From Yuukianura sp. NJ FZ-2021 (taxonomy: Eukaryota): a stretch of DNA of 64,000 nucleotides. A program made the translations under genes and the position numbers. Position 1 is the stretch's first letter, and every line of letters begins with the position of its first letter. Positions 23,784-32,566 of the stretch are shown here, piece by piece. The notes below the pieces were generated by a model. It was given only the letters and a program-made list of their open reading frames with translations, did not search any database and was not told the origin of the DNA. The stretch covers positions 10,478,001 through 10,542,000 of the forward strand of contig CM102286.1 in NCBI GenBank assembly GCA_046563655.1. Direction: 5' to 3'.

Positions 23784-25800
23784 AGTAGAGTGTTCGAACG
23801 TTGTTTTACCTCATTTATTTTTAGCTCAGCCGCGGGGGCTAGTCGGGCGCAATATTGGGGAGGGGAAAAACCTAAAAATATTCTCAGCCCATAGAAATCC
23901 CCCTCCCCAATAAATTATAAAATACAAAATGTTAACAAGAAAATAGTCGACGAAAAATGTTGACAATGAAAAAGTCAATTACTTAATTTTAATTTCAATA
24001 AGATAATAAATTAAAAACAAAATGTATGAAAAATATAGTTATTATTTAGATTAAGTTAATTGAGATGATTTTGTATAATAAAAAGACCAAACAAAAATAA
24101 TAAGTTTTTTTTTTAAAAATATGAACGTATGATCAGTTAACTTAATACGTTGCGCGCGATATTGGAGGAGAATGAAAAACCACATGGATTCTTATTGCTA
24201 TGATGAACTGAATGTGACTGCGATACATAGTTTTAGACGTGGACAGTCTCCTACTCCTTTTTGAGAGTATTTTGAGATTGGAATTTCCAACACCCGAGGC
24301 TATTTGACAAAACAGAACGAAACTATGCAAAGTTTTCACACACAGTTTTAGACGTGGACCGTCTCCCCCTCTTTTTTGAGAGTATTTTGAGATTGGAATT
24401 TCCAACACCCGAGGCGATTTGACAAAACAGAACGAAACTATGTGTGATAGCCTACTGTCTAAGTGCTTGTAACTACTTTTCTGCGGTCGCTGGTTCGAAT
24501 ACCACACGGATCAACGTTTGTGGTTAAGAAGTTACAAGTACTTAGATACAAGATTGGGGTCAATGTTATTGCTATTTTCAAATTTTTTTTGGTTGAGGAT
24601 TAAAAAAGTTCTAAAACCAATTCTCTAGAAAAACGTTTTTTGAAAAATTCTAAAATAGTAATTCAACCCTTTTCTTGGAAAAGACTCGCTTCTGTTGGAA
24701 AACGTATCCCCCAATATTTTAAAAGATGGCTACAGAGTACAAAGTATTCAAGCTGAAACGCTTGAACACCTCATGGCTACAGCGTTGGATTTATCCAGCC
24801 CAGTCCTGGGGAAGCCTTTGGGCCGTGTGAGCCAGCCCTTGGACGCCAGCCCTTGGACGCCAGCCCTTGGACGCCAGCCCTTGGACGCCAGCCCTTGGAC
24901 GCCAGCCCTTGGACGCCAGCCCTTGGACGCCAGCCCTCAATTCGCATGAATTTTTAACGTAATATAACAACTTCACTGCATAATACAATGGCCTCTCTAC
25001 ATAATACAATGGCGTCTCTGCATAATACAATGGCCTCTCTGCATAATACAATGGTCTCTCTGTATAATACAATGGCCTCTCTGCATATTACCATGGCCCA
25101 GTTGTATAATTCCACAACGTCATTACATAATGCCGAGTTTATTCTGTACAACATAGCGAGTTTGCGAGAGTAAAGTCTAGACTTTGTCAATGTCACGGGA
25201 ACTTACTCCGTGAGTACACCTTGCAGAGTTCTTCCTCGGGATTATTTCCCGCAGGTAACCTTCCTTCGAGAGTCAGATCATCGTTAATACCATGGTCACG
25301 TTGTATAATACCATGACCTCTCTGCATAATACCATGGCCCAGTTGTATAATACCACAACGTCATTACATAATGCCGAGTTTATTCTGTACAACATAGCGA
25401 GTTTGCGAGAGTAAAGTCAGACTTTGTCAATGTCACGGGAACTTACTCCGTGAGTACACCTTGCAGAGTTCTTCCTCGGGATTATTTCCCGCAGGTAACC
25501 TTCCTTCGAGAGTCAGATCATCGTCAATACCATGGTCACGTTGTATAATACCATGGTCACATTGTATAATACCATGGTCACGTTGTATAATGCCATGGTC
25601 ACGTTGTATAATGCCATGGTCACGTTGTATAATACAATAACCTCACTGCATAATACAACATTTTTTGTCAATTTTACATCCAACCACCACCACCACCACC
25701 ACAACCCCAACGTGCCCACCCATGGAAAAGTATAAATAGGGACATTGACTTGCTCATCTCTCAGTTTCATTTCAGACGTTGAGCTGTGAAGACGTGAAGA
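23784..25800 (+). repeat. Left terminal inverted repeat (2017 bp)
   Basis: Reverse complement of 28161-29957 with scattered substitutions. Contains a 115-bp duplication (24229-24440), a 14-bp minisatellite (24831-24937), 21-bp minisatellites, a 240-bp duplication and (CAC)n. Confidence 0.95.
25731..25766 (+). promoter_or_regulatory. Core promoter (TATA + Inr) upstream of the ATPase gene
   Basis: TATAAATA at 25731 and arthropod initiator TCAGTT at 25761 (30-nt spacing); ATG at 25819. Confidence 0.7.
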
Positions 25801-25818
25801 ATCTGTGGACTATATCTC

Positions 25819-26633
25819 ATGGATACCAGTACAGCGTGCGATATTTGCTGCAGACAATTCTCACGAAGGGACGCATTGAAACGACACAAGTTAACTTGTC
25901 ATAGTAGTGTCGCAGTATCGAAAATGCTTCAGGTATGCATGAATCAGCGGGAAAAATCTACTATGTTTCGACATGTACACTCTGGGAAAAAGTTTGACCC
26001 GCATTTGGTTGCACCGTTTACTATGTGCATCAGTGGAATGACTCAGAGCGGCAAAAGCACCCTTGTGAAGCAAATACTTCTACGACGAAACGAAATTATC
26101 GAGACTAATATTGACGAGCCATTGGAACGTATCATGTATTGCTACACTGAGTTCCAGCCTACGCTGTTTGGAGAATTGAAGACCAAGATTCCAACTATAC
26201 AATTTCATCGTGGGCTCCTGAAAAATGGCATGACGGAACCGACAAGCCGTCAGTCGTCGTCCTTGACGATTTGATGCATGAAGCAGGCAAAAACGGAGAA
26301 GTTGGAGCTGCGTTCACAAGGACTTCGCATCACCGCAACGTATCACTCATCATTCTTGTGCAAAACTTTTTTCACAGGAATATGAAAGAAATCACGTCAA
26401 ACTGTCACTACATTGCTCTAATGAAGAATCCGCGAGGCTCTCAATTTGTAGCTTGTCTTGGACGTCAAATGAATGGAGGAAAGAAGAATACAACCATGGA
26501 AGAAGCCTACAAGGAATGCATGTTAAAGCAATATGGATATCTATTCATCGATTTAACTCAACGACAAAATGATTTGTTTCGCATTAGAGATAATATATTT
26601 CCTGAAAATTGTCGAATCTATGCTAATGAATGA
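25819..26633 (+). pseudogene. Polinton/adintovirus-type DNA packaging ATPase (A32/FtsK-like) with an N-terminal C2H2 zinc finger; one frameshift at about 26217
   Basis: C2H2 finger CDICCRQFSRRDALKRHKLTCH and Walker A PFTMCISGMTQSGKST. After restoring one C the protein reads HRGL-PEKWHDGTDKPSVVVLDDLM (Walker B), FTRTSHHRNVSLIILVQNFF, HYIALMKNPR, LGRQM and YGYLFIDL. Confidence 0.85.
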
Positions 26634-26636
26634 ATG

Positions 26637-26682
26637 AATAAACACATTACACGATAAAAGTTCTATTTTCAAGTTTTTTATT
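26637..26682. terminator. Convergent polyadenylation signals
   Basis: AATAAA on the plus strand at 26637-26642 and on the minus strand at 26682-26677, in the 97-bp gap between the two stop codons. Confidence 0.55.
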
Positions 26683-26730
26683 TTGAAAATTCGGAATCTA
26701 ACGAATTTACAGTCATAAAGGTGTATAATT

Positions 26731-28128
26731 CTACGAAATTACGCTAGTGAGAAACTCTCCAAGTATTGGTAATGCGGCAGCGAGAAGAGCTGGCAGGAAC
26801 CCGCCGTGCTGTATAAGTAGTTTTTTCTTGTCTTCAATCGATCCTTTAGCTTCTGCAACACGTTTAATCTTATATCGATGCGGTCTCAAGATATTTTTGA
26901 CGGTGGCTTCAATAGGAATGTTGCCCTGGATTACGTCCTGAACACATTTGTGTAACCCAAGAATTTGACCAGGAGACGCTGTGGAGAGCAGTGTCTCGCG
27001 TATAATAAGGGAGTGTTGGTTCATCTGGTGGAGAAATTGATAATGTCGTATGGGACCTGGTGATGGTTTAGCTCCTCCAGTTTGTCTATACTCTTCTTCC
27101 CCTTCTTCATCCCTTTCGTCTTCCTCGTTTTCCTCCTCTTCTTCTACTTCTTCTTCTACTTCTTCTTCCCATTCTTCATCCCCCTCGTCTTCCTCATCAC
27201 CTTCTTCTTCTTCATTTTCTACATCACTTTCCACGTGCGGGCGATTTCTAGAAAGCTTTTTAGGTTCATCTCGACCGAGCAAGCCTCGGTGGCTGATCGG
27301 AAGCAGATATTTTGGAATGCCTGTCTGAATCATAAAGTCTACGATGACAGGAATCATTTGTCTTGTCAACTTATATCTTCCATCCGCAAGTTTTCGTATT
27401 CCCTCCTCGAACTCGCTCCTGGGTATGTTGGCATCACCCAGACTAACGCTATTGTTCGCAAAGGTTGCACCATTTGCTACAAAAAATTGTGCTAGCTGTT
27501 TTCCAACAGCTGAAAACTGGTCCATAGTAAACGGTGGAGTTGTCGGTGCTGCTGTCGGCGTTTCATCTTTCGCTATTTGCGATTCTTTTTTAAATCTCTT
27601 GGAAAATGGCATCTCGAGCGCGTCATTCGGCTTTACCACAGTATTTGACCAACCATTCGTTGGATTTTCTGACCAGGTGGTAATTCGGTCATATCTGTCT
27701 TCGGTTTTTCTGGCTGACTTTTCCGGTACACCATCCCATCCGGTAAAGTTACTTGTAGCCATATCATTCCACCGCCTATCGTTTACAACGTTCACATTGA
27801 CGTAGCCTTCCCTTTGCTTCCGTTGATTTTCCCAGTTCTGGCGTAATTCCGTTTGCATCATATGATTCTGAAGTTCGATTGGAATGTTGTTCCCAGAATC
27901 TCGCGAATTACGCTCATGAAGCTCCATTGGTCCACGGCTCTGAGACATGTTCATTGTATGTTGTGGTAAGTATTGTACGGGTTTAGTATCAAGCAAAAAA
28001 CCATCATGGATTTGCTTTTCTCCAAAATAACTTTTGCAAGGGCTGTTTTGCTGAGACTCATATGTCTCAAGCTGATCCAGTAGACTGTTGTAGTCGTCTT
28101 GGTGAACAAGAATGTATTTTTGCGACAT
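26731..28128 (-). CDS. 465-aa Maverick-type hypothetical (putative virion core / membrane-lytic precursor) protein
   Basis: Intact ORF from the ATG at 28128 (the TTG start at 28182 lies inside the TIR). N-terminus MSQKYILV, a long poly-Glu tract, and the C-terminal domain ..VIQGNIPIE..KKKLLIQHGGFLPALLAAALPILGEFL*, which resembles small conserved ORFs found next to the ATPase in animal Mavericks. Confidence 0.7.
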   Translation of the reverse strand: MSQKYILVHQDDYNSLLDQLETYESQQNSPCKSYFGEKQIHDGFLLDTKPVQYLPQHTMNMSQSRGPMELHERNSRDSGNNIPIELQNHMMQTELRQNWENQRKQREGYVNVNVVNDRRWNDMATSNFTGWDGVPEKSARKTEDRYDRITTWSENPTNGWSNTVVKPNDALEMPFSKRFKKESQIAKDETPTAAPTTPPFTMDQFSAVGKQLAQFFVANGATFANNSVSLGDANIPRSEFEEGIRKLADGRYKLTRQMIPVIVDFMIQTGIPKYLLPISHRGLLGRDEPKKLSRNRPHVESDVENEEEEGDEEDEGDEEWEEEVEEEVEEEEENEEDERDEEGEEEYRQTGGAKPSPGPIRHYQFLHQMNQHSLIIRETLLSTASPGQILGLHKCVQDVIQGNIPIEATVKNILRPHRYKIKRVAEAKGSIEDKKKLLIQHGGFLPALLAAALPILGEFLTSVIS

Positions 28129-28160
28129 GACTGTTAGCCTAACCGCTCCAGATGGTAAAA

Positions 28161-29957
28161 TCTTCACGTCTTCACAGCTCAACGTCTGAAATGAAACTGA
28201 TAGATGAGCAAGTCAACGTCGCTATTTATACTTTTGTATGGGTGGGCACGTTGGGGTTGTGGTGGTGGTGGTGGTTGGATGTAAAATTGACAAAAAATGT
28301 TGTATTATGCAGTGAGGTTATTGTATTATACAACGTGACCATGGCATTATACAACGGGACCATGGTATTATACAACGTGACCATGGTATTATACAATGTG
28401 ACCATGGTATTATACAACGTGACCATGGTATTGACGATGATCTGACTCTCGAAGGAAGGTTACCTGCGGGAAATAATCCCGAGGAAGAACTCTGCAAGGT
28501 GTACTCACGGAGTAAGTTCCCGTGACATTGACAAAGTCTAGACTTTACTCTCGCAAACTCGCTATGTTGTACAGAATAAACTCGGCATTATGTATTGACG
28601 TTGTGGTATTATACAACTGGGCCATGGTAATATGCAGAAAGGCCATTGTATTATGCAGAGAGGCCATTGTATTATACAGAGAGGGCATTGTATTATACAG
28701 AGAGGCGATTGTATTATACAGAGAGGCCATTGTATTATGCAGAGAGGCCATTGTATTATGCAGAGAGGCCATTGTATTATGCAGAGACGCCATTGTATTA
28801 TGTAGAGAGGCCATTGTATTATGCAGTGAAGTTGTTATATTACGTTAAAAATTCATGCGAATTGAGGGCTGGCGTCCAAGGGCTGGCGTCCAAGGGCTGG
28901 CGTCCGAGGGCTGGCTCACACGGCCCAAAGGCTTCCTCAGGACTGGGCTGGATAAATCCAACGCTGTAGCCATGAGGTGTTCAAGCGTTTCAGCTTGAAT
29001 ACTTTGTACTCTGTAGCCATCTTTTAAAATATTGGGGGATACGTTTTCCAACAGAAGCGAGTCTTTTCCAAGAAAAGGGTTGAATTACTATTTTAGAATT
29101 TTTCAAAAAACGTTTTTCTAGAGAATTGGTTTTTAGAACTTTTTTAATCCAAAAAATTTGAAAATAGCAATAACATTGACCCTAGTCTTGTGTCTAAGTA
29201 CTTGTAACTTCTTAACCACAAAGGTTGACCCGTGTGGTATTCGAACCAGCGACCGCAGAAAAGTAGTTACAAGCACTTAGACAGTAGGCTATCACACATA
29301 GTTTCGTTCTGTTTTGTCAAATCGCCTCGGGTGTTGGAAATTCCAATCTCAAAATACTCTCAAAAAAGAGGGGGAGACGGTCCACGTCTAAAACTGTGTG
29401 TGTGAAAACTTTGCATAGTTTCGTTCTGTTTTGTCAAATTGCCTCGGGTGTTGGAAATTCCAATCTCAAAATACTCTCAAAAAGGAGTGGGAGACTGTCC
29501 ACGTCTAAAACTATGTATCGCAGTTACATTCAGTTCATCATAGCAATAAGAATCCATGTGGTTTTTCATCCTCCTCCAATATCGCGCGCAACGTAGTAAG
29601 TTAACTGATCATACGTTCATATTTTTAAAGAAAAACTTATTATTTTTGTTTGGTCTTTTTCTTATACAAAATCATCTCAATTAACTTAATCTAAATAATA
29701 ACTATATTTTTCATACATTTTGTTTTTAATTTATTATCTTATTGAAATTAAAATTAAGTAATTGACTTTTTCATTGTCAACATTTTTCGTCGACTATTTT
29801 CTTGTTAACATTTTGTATTTTATAATTTATTGGGGAGGGGGATTTCTATGGGCTGAGAATATTTTGAGGTTTTTTCCCCTCCCCAATATTCCGGCCGACT
29901 ATCCCCCGCGGCTGAGCTAAAAATAAATGAGGTAAAACAACGTTCGAACACTCTACT
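28161..29957 (-). repeat. Right terminal inverted repeat (1797 bp)
   Basis: Reverse complement of the left TIR. It lacks the 240-bp duplication and has different minisatellite copy numbers. Confidence 0.95.
28195..28230 (-). promoter_or_regulatory. Mirror-image core promoter (TATA + Inr) upstream of the minus-strand gene
   Basis: Minus-strand TATAAATA (28230-28223) and TCAGTT (28200-28195); first ATG at 28128. Confidence 0.7.
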
Positions 29958-30320
29958 TGCATATGGCGGTCAGCTCTAAATTCCATTGAAATTTTTGTGT
30001 CTACAACGTAATCGTTACCTCAGCCACTTCAAATTTCCAATTGGCGTCCAATTAACGAAATTAGGATTAGAACATAGTTACGTTGTTACACATCACATTC
30101 TTTCAGAGCCATAGCAAAGGTCTCACTTTCGTGTATCTGGTTAAAAGTTGCACTCAAAAAAAATGTGTCAATACGTTGTTTACATCGCGCTACCTTTTAG
30201 TTGTTATCTAAAACGTTCAGAACACATTCTTACGCAGAATTGGCACGTTGTTTAATTCGATGTCCATGTAAAAGCTGATAGGAAAACCACTCTCATGAAA
30301 ATTTCACGTTTCGAAGTTCA

Positions 30321-30706
30321 GATTATATAATTAATATTAATATAATATTCATATAAATACTAATTATATGTGATATATGCATCAATATTATATTATATAT
30401 TATATAATTATATGCAAATTAGGTTGGGCAATGCCACCGTTATGAAATAGGTTATATATAATATAATACTTACTTATATAAATACACATAAAACGGCAAT
30501 ATATCTATATATTACGTTATATAGGTGTGTGTATATAGACGTACTATGTGTATTATATTATACATAACCTGTTTGGTAATGTTGTAATAACCTAAACTAA
30601 TTTGCATATAATTATATAATCCATAATATAATACTGATACATATATATCACATATAATTAATATAAATATATAATTATTATATATATTAATATTAGTTAT
30701 ATAATC
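30321..30706. mobile_element. AT-rich fold-back MITE (PIF/Harbinger-like 3-bp TSD)
   Basis: Long imperfect inverted arms GATTATATAATTAATATTAATATA...TATATTAATATTAGTTATATAATC, including TTATATAATTATATGCAAATTAG / CTAATTTGCATATAATTATATAA. TCA flanks both sides (30318-30320, 30707-30709). Confidence 0.6.
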
Positions 30707-30894
30707 TCATTTAATTATCGAATTACTTCCGTTTCCCACCAAAAAAAAATTGAAAAAAAAACTATCGTAAAAAATAAGCTGACAAACCGAAACATGTTCC
30801 CTCCAAAATTAAAACTTTACGGTAACGCGACTTCGAGTGAAAATAAGAAGGAGGAGGAGCTCCTCCGTCCCTTATTTAAAGAATGTACTGTATT

Positions 30895-32220
30895 TTTAGT
30901 TAACAAAGTAGATTGGGAGCCCTTACCTCCGCACAGTGAGAAATTTATTTGGTGTAAGTTGCACTCAAACAAAATGTGTCAAAACGTTGTTTACATCGCG
31001 CTACATTTTAGTTGTTATTTAAAACGCTCAGAACACATCCTTATGCAGAATTGGCACGTTGTTTAATTCGATGTCCATGTAAAAGCTGATATTTAGTTAA
31101 CAAAGTAGATTGGGAGCCCTTACTTCCGCACAGTGAGAAATTTATTTGGTAAAGGTTGCACTCAAACAATATGTGTCAATACGTTGTTTACATCGCGCTA
31201 CATTTTAGTTGTTATTTAAAACGCTCAGAACACATCCTTATGCAGAATTGGCTCGTTGTTTAATTCGATGTCCATGTAAAAGCTGATATTTAATTAACAA
31301 AGTAGATTGGGAGCCCTTACCTCCGCACAGTGAGAAATTTATTTGGTATATGTTGCACTCAAACAAAATGTGTCAAAACGTTGTTTACATCGCGCTACAT
31401 TTTAGTTGTTATTTAAAACGCTCAGAACACATCCTTATGCAGAATTGGCACGTTGTTTAATTCGATGTCCATGTAAAAGCTGATATTTAGTTAACAAAGT
31501 AGATTGGGAGCCCTTACTTCCGCACAGTGAGAAATTTATTTGGTAAAGGTTGCACTCAAACAATATGTGTCAATACGTTGTTTACATCGCGCTACATTTT
31601 AGTTGTTATTTAAAACGCTCAGAACACATCCTTATGCAGAATTGGCTCGTTGTTTAATTCGATGTCCATGTAAAAGCTGATATTTAATTAACAAAGTAGA
31701 TTGGGAGCCCTTACCTCCGCACAGTGAGAAATTTATTTGGTATATGTTGCACTCAAACAAAATGTGTCAAAACGTTGTTTACATCGCGCTACATTTTAGT
31801 TGTTATTTAAAACGCTCAGAACACATCCTTATGCAGAATTGGCACGTTGTTTAATTCGATGTCCATGTAAAAGCTGATATTTAGTTAACAAAGTAGATTG
31901 GGAGCCCTTACCTCCGCACAGTGAGAAATCTATTTGGTATATGTTGCACTCAAACAAAATGTGTCAAAACGTTGTTTACATCGCGCTACATTTTAGTTGT
32001 TATTTAAAACGCTCAGAACACATCGTTATGCAGAATTGGCTCGTTGTTTAATTCGATGTGCATGTAAAGGCTGATATTCAATTAACAAAGTAGATTGGGA
32101 GCCCTTACCTCCGCACAGTGAGAAATTTATTTGGTAAAGGTTGAACTCAAACGAAATGTGTCAATACGTTGTTTACATCGCGCTACATTTTAGTTGTTAT
32201 TTAAAACGCTCAGAACACAT
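30895..32220. repeat. 197-bp tandem repeat, about 6.7 copies, partly organised as 394-bp dimers
   Basis: TAACAAAGTAGATTGGGAGCCC recurs at 30901, 31098 and onward every 197 bp with alternating variants. A detached partial copy lies at 30143-30280. Confidence 0.95.
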
Positions 32221-32566
32221 GTGTACTTACCACCAGCTTAGTGTAAAAATGCGACCAACACGATATAGCTTGTGCAATATGGCTCAACACCGGTTTCGTG
32301 CCGCGCTGCAAAGTGGCATCTATTATGTTTTACAACAAAGGCATTATAAGAAGCAAAAGTTGCTGCTTCTTACCTTTTTGTGAAAAGTATCAGTGAGAGT
32401 TTTGTTTACCACCTTCCCTACCCCTCTTGTGGAATATATTTTTTTCTATGCGAAGCTGACATTTAGGTAAATTAACCGCATAAAACCACGGCTTCTACTC
32501 CGTTCTGGTAACTCAAGCAGGCCAGATTAAAAGCTAAATGTGTCAATAGAAATTTGGGGCGTGATA

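Larger units (their letters stand above)
23784..29957. mobile_element. Polinton/Maverick-related 6.17-kb element with about 2-kb TIRs and two convergent genes (no polymerase, integrase or capsid gene)
   Basis: Termini AGTAGAGTGTTCGAACG...CGTTCGAACACTCTACT with TGCAT on both flanks (23779-23783, 29958-29962). TIRs at 23784-25800 and 28161-29957. The core encodes an A32/FtsK-like ATPase and a QxGG-FL protein. Confidence 0.85.

Noticed and set aside
24441..24512. A bona fide tRNA gene
   Set aside because: A/B-box-like motifs are present, but the acceptor, anticodon and T stems do not pair into a cloverleaf; kept only as a Pol III-like finding.
24695..25770. ORFs with heptad repeats (MASLHNT, MVTLYNT) and their mirror copies at 28152-29051
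   Set aside because: They are translations of 14- and 21-bp minisatellites in the TIRs, with copy number differing between the arms.
26747..27805. Plus-strand Ser/Phe-rich ORFs
   Set aside because: Antisense shadows of the Glu-rich minus-strand gene.
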